In this document: one piece after another, positions 8,004 to 16,852 of the stretch
Numbering within the stretch: the first letter of the stretch is position 1
Layout: each line of letters opens with the position of its first letter
Assembly: GCA_017882925.1 (NCBI GenBank)
Contig: JADGOM010000013.1
Coordinates: 1 to 42,255 of the forward strand
Direction of reading: 5' to 3'
DNA: 42,255 nt
Origin: Acidimicrobiia bacterium
Lineage (GTDB): Bacteria; Actinomycetota; Acidimicrobiia; IMCC26256; Chersky-534
The notes under the pieces: generated by a model
Told to the model about the DNA's origin: nothing
Databases searched by the model: none
What the model saw: the letters and a program-made list of their open reading frames with translations, nothing else
Translations under genes and position numbers: made by a program

Positions 8004-8978
8004 CTAGAGCGGGCGGGCGCGGAGGAGGTCGAGGACGCGGGCGCACTCCACGCCGTCGACGAAGGTGGGGGCGCCGGGCACCGGCGCGCCGTCGCGCACC
8101 GAGTCGCGCACTTCCGTGGCCCACGCCTGCATCGGCACGAGGTGCGGGTCGCCCCCCGTGGCCGTGGGGGGCGGGTCGATATCCTTCTTGAAGCCGTCGC
8201 TCAGCCGCAGCGAGATGCGGTGGTCGCCCACGCACTCGAGCAGGCCGTCGGACCCGCTGATGACGATCCGTGACGCGAGGTTGACCGGCGACGCGAACGA
8301 CGTGTCGATCGCGACGGTGATCCCACCCTCGAGCTCGAGCGCGGCGGTGAAGCCGTCCTCCGCGGTGCAGCGGTGCTCGTTGCCGTCGGCGTCGGGTCGC
8401 ACGGTGATGGTGGTGTGCAGGGCCGCACTCGCGTCGGTGACCTCGCCGACGGCCCAGCGGATGAAGTCGACCGCGTGCGAGCCCCAGGCGCCGACCCAGC
8501 CGCCGCCGAGCTCGCGGTCGAACAGCCAGCCGTACCGCCGCAGCGGCAGGCGCGACCCCGAGCTGAACGCCGACCAGTGCACGTGCTCCACCGCGCCGAT
8601 GACCCCCGACTCGACCAGGGCCTGCAGCTGGATGCGGGCCGGGTCGCAGCGGAACTCGAAGTTGACCAGGCCGACGGTGCCGGCGGCCTCCACCGCCGCG
8701 AGCATGGCCTCGGCGTCGGCGAGGTTGCGGCCGAACGGCTTGTCGCACAGCACCGCGTGCCCGGCGTCGATCGCCTGCTCGACGTAGAGGCGGTGGAGGA
8801 ACGGCGGCGCGTGGACGCTGATCAGGTCGACGTCCGGGCGCGCGCACAGCGCACCGACCACCGCCGGGTCGCGGGCCGACACCACGTCGACCACCTCGCA
8901 GCCCTCGGTGGCCGCGAAGACCCCGGCCACCACGCGGCTGCCGAACCCCGCGCCCACGACGCCGATCCGGACGCTCAT
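8004..8978 (-). CDS. Gfo/Idh/MocA family oxidoreductase
   Basis: N-terminal Rossmann IGVVGAGFGSRV, followed by the LCDKPF motif typical of the family. Confidence 0.85.
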   Translation of the reverse strand: MSVRIGVVGAGFGSRVVAGVFAATEGCEVVDVVSARDPAVVGALCARPDVDLISVHAPPFLHRLYVEQAIDAGHAVLCDKPFGRNLADAEAMLAAVEAAGTVGLVNFEFRCDPARIQLQALVESGVIGAVEHVHWSAFSSGSRLPLRRYGWLFDRELGGGWVGAWGSHAVDFIRWAVGEVTDASAALHTTITVRPDADGNEHRCTAEDGFTAALELEGGITVAIDTSFASPVNLASRIVISGSDGLLECVGDHRISLRLSDGFKKDIDPPPTATGGDPHLVPMQAWATEVRDSVRDGAPVPGAPTFVDGVECARVLDLLRARPL

Positions 8979-9039
8979 CGCCCGCCCCCATCCACTCGTG
9001 CCCGCAACCGCCGGACCACCGTCAACCGAACCGTTCCGC

Positions 9040-9726
9040 TCACTCGCCCGTCACGCCGATCCCACGCTCCGACTCCGGCAGCTCCGGGAGGCGGAACACA
9101 CGGAGGAACACGTCGGCCAACGGACCGATCCCCACCGCGAAGAGCAAGGTTCCCACGCCGACGTCGCCGCCGAGCAGGAGGCCGAGCCCGAGGGCCGAGA
9201 CCTCCATCACCGTGCGCACCGCCCACACCGGATACCCGCGCGCAGCCACCGCGGTCATCACGCCGTCGCGCGGGCCGGGGCCGAGGCCGGCGGCGATGTA
9301 GCAGCCGGTGCCCACACCGACGCACACCACGCCCCCGACCATGAAGGCGGTGCGCACCCACAACGCGTGCGGCGTGGGCAGCGCGTCGAACACGGCGTTG
9401 AGGATCAGGCCCACGACGAGCGTGTTGATGATCGTCCCGATGCCGAAGCGCTGGTGCAGCGGGATCCAGGTGATGAGGATCAGCACGCCGAGGCCGATGA
9501 CGACGGTCCCGACCGAGAGGCCGAGCTGGCTCGCGATCCCCTGGTGCAGCACGTCCCACGGGCTCAGGCCGAGCTTGGCCCGCAGCATCAGCGCGATGCC
9601 GCCGCCGAGGAGGGTGATCCCCACGAGGAGCCGCGGCATCCGGGTGAGGAGGTCGCGCGGGCGCGGGACGAGGACGACCTCGATCGTCTCCCCCCGGGGC
9701 CGGCGGGACGGGCGCCCGGCCGCCAT
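9040..9726 (-). CDS. YczE-like integral membrane protein
   Basis: RLLVGITLLGGGIALMLRAKLGLSPWDVLHQGI and GIGTIINTLVVG match the YczE family pattern. The ATG directly abuts the GH4 stop (TAGATG). An internal start at MPRLLVG is possible. Confidence 0.7.
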   Translation of the reverse strand: MAAGRPSRRPRGETIEVVLVPRPRDLLTRMPRLLVGITLLGGGIALMLRAKLGLSPWDVLHQGIASQLGLSVGTVVIGLGVLILITWIPLHQRFGIGTIINTLVVGLILNAVFDALPTPHALWVRTAFMVGGVVCVGVGTGCYIAAGLGPGPRDGVMTAVAARGYPVWAVRTVMEVSALGLGLLLGGDVGVGTLLFAVGIGPLADVFLRVFRLPELPESERGIGVTGE

Positions 9727-11106
9727 CTAGGCGTACTGGGGAAGCCAGCGCTTCGTCGCGTCGAGCATCTCGTCGGTCATCCGGACCATGGCGTCGAAGT
9801 CGATGCGGCCCGCGAGCGGGTCGAGGAGCATGGCCTCGAGCAACGCGTCACGCGAACCGGAGACGCCGGCCTCGACCGTGCGCTCCTGCGCGGCCGACAC
9901 CTGGCGCAGGTGGGCGGCCATCGCCGGCGGCAGCGACACCACGTCGCGCCCGTGCACGCCCGAGCCGTCGACGATGCACATGCTCTCGACGATCACGTCG
10001 TCGGGGAGGTCGGCGACCTGGCCCGCGTTCGGGATGTTGAGCGGGTACGTGCGGGGCACGTCGTTGATCAACGAGTCCATGACGCCGGCGACCATCTCGC
10101 CCGACGGCATGCGCGGGATGTCGTCGGCGGCGAGCAGCTCCTCGAACTCCTCGATGTGCCGGCCCTGCCACATCACGCGGCCGGAGATGGGGGTGAGCTC
10201 CACGCCCCACCGCTTGCCCCAGTCGGAGTGCTCGGTGAGAAAGCCGGCGAAGAACTCGGCGACGTGGCGGTCGCCGGCGGCCGGGAGCACGCCGAACCGC
10301 CGGAACAGCTCGAGCTTGAGCTGGTTGGCGTGGAGCAGGTCGCCCTTGGTCCAGTCGCCACCCTCGGAGATCTTCTCGTGGCCGAAGTCGTCGGGCATCT
10401 CCATCGGGAGCGCCTCGCCGCCGCGCTCGTCGACGTGCTCGATCAGGTCGCGCAGCTGCGCGAGCCCGTCACCGCCGCCCACGACCTCGAGGCCGGTGAT
10501 GAACGGCAGGTGGTTGACGCCCGCGACCGTGGGGTCGACGTCCATGAACCCCACGCCCAACATCATCGAGAGCATGAACTGCATGATCGTGACCTCGTGG
10601 CAGAGCCCGATCGTGCGGATGGGCGTCTCCCGGGTCACCGACCGGCACAGCGCGGTCATCGGGTTGGTGAGGTTGAGCAGCCAGGCGTCGGGGCAGAGCT
10701 CGGCCATGTCGCGGGCGATGCTCTGGAACACCGGGATGTTGCGCTGCGAGCGGATGATCCCGCCGGGGCCGACGCTGTCGCCGACCGACTGGAAGATGCC
10801 GTACCGCTCGGGGATCGCGAGGTCGAACGCCATGCTCTCGAACCCACCCGTGGAGATGCACACGAGCACGAAGTCGACGCCCTCGAGCGCGTCGCGCTGA
10901 TCGGTGGTGCCGCGCGCCGTCATCCCGATGCCGCGCACCGCGGCGATGTGCTCGACGAGCTCGAGCATGCGCGGGATGGGCTCCGGGTCGATGTCCTCGA
11001 TCACGAGCTCGCAGTCGCGCAGCGACTTCGTGTTGGCGAGGTCGGTGAGCAGCTTCGGGATCCACTGGTAGCTGCCACCACCGATGATCGCGATCCGAGG
11101 ACCCAT
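9727..11106 (-). CDS. Glycoside hydrolase family 4 enzyme (NAD+/Mn2+-dependent glycosidase)
   Basis: RIAIIGGGSYQWIP dinucleotide fold, NLTNPM and GLCHEV motifs. SD AGGAGAG lies 4 nt upstream of the ATG. Confidence 0.85.
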   Translation of the reverse strand: MGPRIAIIGGGSYQWIPKLLTDLANTKSLRDCELVIEDIDPEPIPRMLELVEHIAAVRGIGMTARGTTDQRDALEGVDFVLVCISTGGFESMAFDLAIPERYGIFQSVGDSVGPGGIIRSQRNIPVFQSIARDMAELCPDAWLLNLTNPMTALCRSVTRETPIRTIGLCHEVTIMQFMLSMMLGVGFMDVDPTVAGVNHLPFITGLEVVGGGDGLAQLRDLIEHVDERGGEALPMEMPDDFGHEKISEGGDWTKGDLLHANQLKLELFRRFGVLPAAGDRHVAEFFAGFLTEHSDWGKRWGVELTPISGRVMWQGRHIEEFEELLAADDIPRMPSGEMVAGVMDSLINDVPRTYPLNIPNAGQVADLPDDVIVESMCIVDGSGVHGRDVVSLPPAMAAHLRQVSAAQERTVEAGVSGSRDALLEAMLLDPLAGRIDFDAMVRMTDEMLDATKRWLPQYA

Positions 11107-11178
11107 GGTGCTCTCCTGCTCGTGCCTGACGTGGGTGTCAGGTACGACGGGACACTACCGCCGCCGTTGCCCCGAGTC

Positions 11179-11223
11179 CCGTGCGTATCTCGACCACCTC
11201 ATAGGTCGGTGAGATACGCACGG
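11179..11223 (-). terminator. Long imperfect stem-loop (13-bp perfect arms ccgtgcgtatctc/gagatacgcacgg plus an inner 4-bp stem), located after the hydrolase stop and 73 nt before the GH4 start; could be a terminator, attenuator or operator
   Basis: Arms read directly at 11179..11191 and 11211..11223. Locally AT-richer than the surroundings. Confidence 0.5.
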
Positions 11224-11228
11224 AGGGT

Positions 11229-12269
11229 TCAGGGGGCCGCGAGGTTCCGGGCCAGGAAGTCGTAGGCGACGGTGCCGTGCCAGCTGTGGAAGCCCTCGAA
11301 CGCGTCGAGCTCGACGGCGTCGGGCACGCCGAGGCCGGCGTACAACTGCTGCAGCGACCCGAACGCGGCGCGGGCGGCGGCCACGGGGAACAGGAGGTCC
11401 TGGTCGCCGCTCTCCACGAGCAGGGCCCGGGGCGCGATCAGCGCGCCGATGTCGACGTGCTCGAATTGCCCGAGCAACCCGGGCAGCACCTGCGACCCGC
11501 ACATGTTGAACGGCACCCGGTGCGCGGCCCGCCACGACGAGAAGAAGCCGCTCACCACCGCGGCCCGCACCCGGGTGTCGAGCGCGGCGACGAACAGCGT
11601 GAGCGTGCCGCCGTAGCTCAGACCGGCAGCCCCGATGCGCGCGGGGTCGACGAGCGGATGCTGCTCCAGCAGGTCGAGCGCGCGGCGGAGGTCCCAGAGG
11701 TTGCGGGCCAGCGGCACCGCGCCCGCCATCGTGGCGTGCACGAGGTTGACGTCGCAGTGGTACTTGTCGGGCGGGGTCCAGTCGCGGCGCTCGCCGAACC
11801 CCCGGTGGTCGGGCGCGAGCACCACATGGCCCCGGAGCGCGAGCTGGTGCGCGTAGTCGTCGTGGCGGTCCTCGGGCTCGAGGCCCACGATCTCGGCCTT
11901 GCCCGGCCCGTGCCCGTGCAGCGCGAGCACCGCGGTGCCGGGGGCGTCGCGTTCGTGGGGCACCAGCAGGTACGCCGGCACCGACATCGTGGGCTCGGTG
12001 TCGAAGACGATGCGGTCGCGGCGGTAGGAGCCGCAGTCGACCGAGTCGGTGACCTCCGGCTCGAGCGGTACCGGCTCCGGGTCGGGCCCGAGCAGCGCGC
12101 GCAAGCGGGCCTCGGCCCGGGCGCGCCACGCCGGGTACTCCCCCGGGTCGGCGACCGGTGCGGGATCGGCGACCACGGTGGCGTCGAGGTCGAGCATCCA
12201 CTGGGCCCACGACGAGAAGTTGCGCCCGCGGGCAGCCCCGGCCCCGGTGTCGGAGGCGGCGGCGCTCAT
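11229..12269 (-). CDS. Alpha/beta hydrolase (acetyl esterase / dienelactone hydrolase-like)
   Basis: HGHGPG oxyanion region and GLSYGG nucleophile elbow. ATG 12269..12267 overlaps the TGA of the binding-protein gene (ATGA). The rest of the 841-aa track ORF is run-through. Confidence 0.8.
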   Translation of the reverse strand: MSAAASDTGAGAARGRNFSSWAQWMLDLDATVVADPAPVADPGEYPAWRARAEARLRALLGPDPEPVPLEPEVTDSVDCGSYRRDRIVFDTEPTMSVPAYLLVPHERDAPGTAVLALHGHGPGKAEIVGLEPEDRHDDYAHQLALRGHVVLAPDHRGFGERRDWTPPDKYHCDVNLVHATMAGAVPLARNLWDLRRALDLLEQHPLVDPARIGAAGLSYGGTLTLFVAALDTRVRAAVVSGFFSSWRAAHRVPFNMCGSQVLPGLLGQFEHVDIGALIAPRALLVESGDQDLLFPVAAARAAFGSLQQLYAGLGVPDAVELDAFEGFHSWHGTVAYDFLARNLAAP

Positions 12270-13789
12270 CCCTGCATCGGCGTGAAGTCGTGCACGATCA
12301 GCCAGCAGGAGCCGTAGTAGCGCGAGTCGGGCGCGTCGGTGAACGGCTTGGCTCCGGGCAGCTGCTCGGGCGACGGCTTGAGCGGGCAGATGTTGCCGGC
12401 CGCGGTCATGTCGTTCTTCACGACCTTCACCGTGCGGAACTGCGTGACGCCCGAGTGCTGCGTGGGCCCGAACGTGAACGACGGCACCAGCACCCCCGGC
12501 GCGTTCTTCAGGCCGGCGAGCGCCTCGACGAACGAGCGCCGGGTGAGGTTCTTCCCGGCCTTGCGGGCCGCGGTGGCGAACAGCCGGATCGACTGGCACC
12601 AGCGGGCGCGCGGTCCCTGCGCCTCCATGTGGCCGTTGTGGTGGTTGGCCTTCCACGTCTCGTAGCAGCTCATCGCGCCCGGCGAGTAGCCGATGCCGGG
12701 CCGGGGGTCGTCGGTGCTGCCGTAGGTGAAGACCGTGGTCCCGAGCTGGCCGCTGACGAGGTTGGGGAACTGGAACTCGGCCAGCCCGATCGCGACGCTG
12801 ATGTTGGACTCGTAGTCCGACAGCATCAGCTTCGGCGCGTACTTCTGGTCGTTGGCCGCGGCGAAGTACTGGAACAGCGAGTTGGCCGGGAGCAGCGGGA
12901 GGACGGTCGTGACCCCCGCGGCCTGCAGCCGCTGCACCGCGCCTTTCGCCTGCGCCTGGGCCGTCGCCGGGTCGCCGACGTTGGCGGTGATGAAGTCGGT
13001 GTCGGCCGGGGTGATCCCCGCCTTCTTCAACGCCGGCAGCAGGTACTCGTTGAGCGCGAGCTTGTCCGACTCGCGGTCGCCGACCACGATGCCGAGCTTC
13101 GTGTCGGGGCCGAGCAGCTTCTGCTGGATCCCCCAGGGCACGAGGTTCTTCACCACGTCGGCCTGGTCGGGCCCGGTCCACCAGAGGTACGGCGCGCCGC
13201 GCGTCGCCCAGTCGGTGACCGTGGTCCAACCGCTGATAAGCGGCACGTGACCGTCCTGGGTGAGGCAGAGCTGGTTCTGCGAGTACCAGGCGCCGGTGTC
13301 GATGACGGCGAACACGTCCTTGCTCTGCGACCAGTCCTTGCAGTCGGCCTGCATGCCCGCGGCGTCGAGCGGGTTGAACGGCACGATGTCGGCGACCAGC
13401 TTGCGGCCGTTGATGCCGCCGTGCGCATTGATGTCGTCGACGTACTCCTTGATCGCGTCGGGGTCCTTCTCGTCGGTCCCTCCCGCCAGGCCGATCGCCT
13501 GGCCCGATGCGGCCGAGTTGATGCTCGGGAACACGACGCGGATCGAGCCGTTGGTGACACCGGGCGCGGTGTCGCTCGCCGAGCTCGGCCGCGCGGCCTT
13601 CCCCGGCGTCGTCTTCGCGGCCGCGGTGCTGTTGCTGCTGCTCGACGACGGCGCCAACGCGGCCACGCCCACGACCACGCCCGCGATGACGGCGACCACC
13701 ACGACCACCGCCAGCGCCTGGACCCACACCGCCTGCCCGCGCAGCCCCCGCCACCAGCGGCGAACCGTGACTCCCGCTCCCCCTGCCAT
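12266..13789 (-). CDS. ABC transporter substrate-binding protein, LivJ/Peripla_BP_6 type, with an N-terminal signal anchor and Ser-rich linker
   Basis: TM segment VWVQALAVVVVVAVIAGVVVGVAAL, then SSSSSNS, then a type-I periplasmic binding fold. Context is with the Liv permease and ATPases. The start is ATG 13789 (GGAG 8 nt upstream) or GTG 13792. Confidence 0.75.
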   Translation of the reverse strand: MAGGAGVTVRRWWRGLRGQAVWVQALAVVVVVAVIAGVVVGVAALAPSSSSSNSTAAAKTTPGKAARPSSASDTAPGVTNGSIRVVFPSINSAASGQAIGLAGGTDEKDPDAIKEYVDDINAHGGINGRKLVADIVPFNPLDAAGMQADCKDWSQSKDVFAVIDTGAWYSQNQLCLTQDGHVPLISGWTTVTDWATRGAPYLWWTGPDQADVVKNLVPWGIQQKLLGPDTKLGIVVGDRESDKLALNEYLLPALKKAGITPADTDFITANVGDPATAQAQAKGAVQRLQAAGVTTVLPLLPANSLFQYFAAANDQKYAPKLMLSDYESNISVAIGLAEFQFPNLVSGQLGTTVFTYGSTDDPRPGIGYSPGAMSCYETWKANHHNGHMEAQGPRARWCQSIRLFATAARKAGKNLTRRSFVEALAGLKNAPGVLVPSFTFGPTQHSGVTQFRTVKVVKNDMTAAGNICPLKPSPEQLPGAKPFTDAPDSRYYGSCWLIVHDFTPMQG

Positions 13790-13823
13790 CACCCAGCTCC
13801 GTTCGTCGTGTCCACTCGCGGTC

Positions 13824-14708
13824 TCAGTCGTCGTCCGGCGTCACGAAGGCAGTGTGCTCGACGGCCTCCACGCGCCGGAGGTCGGCCCGGGCCAGGTGCT
13901 GCTCGTGGTCGGCGTGGACCCCCGAGCGCTGCACCGCCTCGCTGCTCGCCCCGAGGTAGGCCGCGACCGCGGCCGGATCGGCCCGCACCTCGTCGGGCGT
14001 CCCCGCGGCGACGACGCGCCCGGTCTCCATCACCACGATGTGCGTGCAGAGCGAGAAGACGAGCGGCACGTCGTGCTCCACCAGGAGGATGGTCGCCCCG
14101 GTCACCTCGTGGATGCGGCGCAGGAGCGGCGCGAACGCCTCGGCCTCGCGCTGGGCGATGCCGGCGGTCGGCTCGTCGAGCAGCAGCAGCCGCGGCTGGG
14201 CCAACAGGATGGTCGCGAGGTCGACGACGCGCCGGGTGCCGGTCGACAGCTCGGCGATGCGGTGGTCGCGGAACCGGCCCAACCCGAACGACCGGATCGC
14301 GCGGTCGGCGGCCTCCCGCTTCTCCCGCTCGCGGCGCCGGGCCCACGGGAGCTGGAATGCGGTCGCGAACACGCCGACCGGCTTGCGCGCGTCCTCCGAG
14401 GTGAGCAGCACGTCTTCGACCGAGAGCTCGGGGTAGAGGCGGCAGTCCTGGAACGAGCGCACGAGGCCGAGGTCGGCGCGGTTCTCCGGGAGGTGGTCGA
14501 CGAGGTCTTCGCCGTCGAGCTCGATCGTGCCGGCCGACAGGCGGACCTGCCCGCTGATGGCGTCGAGCAGCGTCGTCTTCCCCGACCCGTTGGGCCCGAT
14601 GAGCCCGACGACCGCGCCGGGCTCCACCGAGATGCTGACGCCGTCGACCGCGTGCACCCCGCCGTAGGACACCGCGGCGTCGCGCACCTCCAGCGCGGCG
14701 GCGGTCAC
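13824..14708 (-). CDS. livG: Branched-chain-amino-acid-type ABC transporter ATP-binding protein (LivG-like)
   Basis: Walker A GPNGSGKT, signature LSTGTRR, Walker B LLLLDEP, and the LivG-type C-terminal extension. The GTG start overlaps the permease stop (GTGA). Confidence 0.85.
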   Translation of the reverse strand: MTAAALEVRDAAVSYGGVHAVDGVSISVEPGAVVGLIGPNGSGKTTLLDAISGQVRLSAGTIELDGEDLVDHLPENRADLGLVRSFQDCRLYPELSVEDVLLTSEDARKPVGVFATAFQLPWARRREREKREAADRAIRSFGLGRFRDHRIAELSTGTRRVVDLATILLAQPRLLLLDEPTAGIAQREAEAFAPLLRRIHEVTGATILLVEHDVPLVFSLCTHIVVMETGRVVAAGTPDEVRADPAAVAAYLGASSEAVQRSGVHADHEQHLARADLRRVEAVEHTAFVTPDDD

Positions 14709-16852
14709 GGCGCGACCGGCAACGGGTCGGCGGCCTCGGGCGCGTCGGGTGATCCGGGCGCGTCGGTCCCCTCATGCGAGCCGGCCGGGGGGCCGAAGCC
14801 CCCGCTTTGTCGGAGCCGTTCGAGACCGTCGGCCGCGAGCCGCGCCCCGCCGCGCACCAGCTCGGCGAGGCCACCCGGGAAGTAGAGGAGGAACGCGAGG
14901 AGGCCGACGCCGCTGGTGAGGAACTCGGCGGTGGAGCTGCCCTCACGCGCGCTGCCGAACAACGCGGGCAGCCCGAGCAGGTAAACCGCGCCGAGCATCG
15001 CGCCCTCCACCGAGCCGAGCCCGCCGATCACGACCATCGAGACGATGACGATCGACTCCGAGGTCGGGAACGCGGTGCTGTCGAAGCGCTGGAGCGCGAA
15101 CGCGAGGCACACCCCGGCGGTGCCGGCCATGAACCCGGAGAGCATGAACGCGAGGAGCTTGGTGCGCACGACCGGGATGCCCATCGCCCCGGCCGCACCC
15201 TCGTTGTCGCGCACCGCGATGAGGCGGCGGGCGATGCCGCGGTCGCGCCACAGCCGCACGACCACGACCCAGAACAACAGGAGGCCGAGCGCGAAGAGCG
15301 CGAACGACCGGTCGGAGTCGAGGTGGATGCCCAGGAACGTGGGCCTTGCGAGCACGGTGGGCTGGGGCAGCCCGGTGCACATCTTGCGGCCGGTGACCGG
15401 CATGGTCCAGCACGGGGTCGGGAGCACCGCGCTCTCCATGAAGAGCGCGAAACCGAGCGTGGTGACCGCGAGGTAGAGCCCCTTGATGCGCAGCGCGGGA
15501 AGGCCGACGACGACCGCGACGATCGCGGTCGCGACCCCCGCGATCAGCAGCAGCGGGAGCAGGTCCATGTGGTTGCCGAGGCGGGCGGCGAAGATCGCGC
15601 CCACGGCCACCAGGCCGAAGTGCCCGAGCGACACCTGGCCCGCCCAGCCGATGAGCATCGTGAGCGACAGCGCGATCACCGCGTAGATGGCGATGCGGCC
15701 GACGAGGAACCACTGGCCGGTGCTGAGCACGGAGTCGCCCGCGGCCACGAGCAGGAGCACCGACGCGCCGACCGCGAGCCACATCAGACGCGGGGGTACG
15801 ACGGCTCTTCGCGACGCGCTGCCGGTGAGGTTCCACGACGAGCGCTCCTCGGTGCGGGCGTTGACCCGTAGCGCCCGAACCCGGATGAGCAGCACCGCGA
15901 GGAGGAGCACGAACAGCCAGAGCTCGATGGTTGCGCCGCTGGTCTCGCTGCCGTGGAAGTTGGCGTCGAGCACCTGCTGGAGGATGCCGATGCCGATGCC
16001 CGCGAAGAACGCGGGGCCGAGCCCGACCATCGCGCCGATCAGCGCGGCGGCGAGCGCCCGCAGGAGCACCCCGGGCGGGAGCGCGACGTCGAGCGCGGTG
16101 GCCTTGCCCGGCGCGTTGAGGATCGCGGTGATGGCCGAGAGCAGGCCCGCGATGGTCCAGGCGACGGTCGAGGTGCGCTTCACCCAGATGCCCGACAGCC
16201 GGGCCGAGTCGGCGTTCTCGGCCGAGGCCCGCATCGCGAGGCCCCACGGCGACCACGCGAGGAACAGCGCCAGCGCGAGCGCGACGAGCGGCGCCACGAT
16301 CAGCGTGACGACCTCGCCCGGCGGGACGAGGTAGGTGCCGACGGTCCAGTGCCAGCTGAACGGCAGCGGGTACGGGACGAAGAAGTTCTTCGGCTTCACG
16401 AACGGCAGCACCGTGACCAGGTACAGCACCTGCGCGAGGCCGATCGTGGCCACCATCACGAGCACCCGCGGCCGACCGAACAGCCGCCGCAGCAGCAGCT
16501 CGCATACCGCGCCGACCCCGGCGGAGATGACGAGCACCAGCGGCAGGACCGCCCAGTAGAAGATGCCGTAGTCGTAGCTGAGCTTGAGCAGGAAGATCGC
16601 GGCGACGACGCCGAGCTGGCCCTGCGCGAAGTTGAGCACGCGGCTCGTGCGGTAGATCAGCACGAGGCCGAGCGCGAGCAGCCCGTAGTTGAGGCCGATC
16701 ACCGTCCCCTGGATGAGGCTCGACTCCGGCACGACCCAGAGCCCGAGCGCGGCCCCCAGCTCGAGCGCCAACGCGCAGGCCGCGGCGACCGCGACACCCA
16801 TCCCCGTCCGGCGCAGCGTGTCGTCGCGCATCGCGGGGATCGTGACGGCCAT
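14705..16852 (-). CDS. Fused LivH-LivM type ABC permease (715 aa)
   Basis: Two tandem Liv-type permease halves: an N-half with LNFAQGQL (LivH-like) and a C-half with VSLGHFGLVAVGA (LivM-like). The ATG overlaps the upstream stop (ATGA). Confidence 0.85.
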   Translation of the reverse strand: MAVTIPAMRDDTLRRTGMGVAVAAACALALELGAALGLWVVPESSLIQGTVIGLNYGLLALGLVLIYRTSRVLNFAQGQLGVVAAIFLLKLSYDYGIFYWAVLPLVLVISAGVGAVCELLLRRLFGRPRVLVMVATIGLAQVLYLVTVLPFVKPKNFFVPYPLPFSWHWTVGTYLVPPGEVVTLIVAPLVALALALFLAWSPWGLAMRASAENADSARLSGIWVKRTSTVAWTIAGLLSAITAILNAPGKATALDVALPPGVLLRALAAALIGAMVGLGPAFFAGIGIGILQQVLDANFHGSETSGATIELWLFVLLLAVLLIRVRALRVNARTEERSSWNLTGSASRRAVVPPRLMWLAVGASVLLLVAAGDSVLSTGQWFLVGRIAIYAVIALSLTMLIGWAGQVSLGHFGLVAVGAIFAARLGNHMDLLPLLLIAGVATAIVAVVVGLPALRIKGLYLAVTTLGFALFMESAVLPTPCWTMPVTGRKMCTGLPQPTVLARPTFLGIHLDSDRSFALFALGLLLFWVVVVRLWRDRGIARRLIAVRDNEGAAGAMGIPVVRTKLLAFMLSGFMAGTAGVCLAFALQRFDSTAFPTSESIVIVSMVVIGGLGSVEGAMLGAVYLLGLPALFGSAREGSSTAEFLTSGVGLLAFLLYFPGGLAELVRGGARLAADGLERLRQSGGFGPPAGSHEGTDAPGSPDAPEAADPLPVAP

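Noticed and set aside
8908-11265. 785-aa + strand ORF
   Set aside because: It is antisense to the YczE-like and GH4 genes. It has His/Arg/Asp/Gly-rich composition and no recognisable motif.
12270-13754. N-terminal 495 aa of the 841-aa track ORF 11229..13754
   Set aside because: This is a run-through frame across the binding-protein gene. Only the C-terminal 346 aa (from ATG 12269) show alpha/beta hydrolase motifs and ATGA coupling.
12158-14885. 748-aa and 541-aa + strand ORFs (12158..14404, 13260..14885)
   Set aside because: They are antisense to the substrate-binding protein and LivG genes, with low-complexity Arg/Pro/Ala runs.
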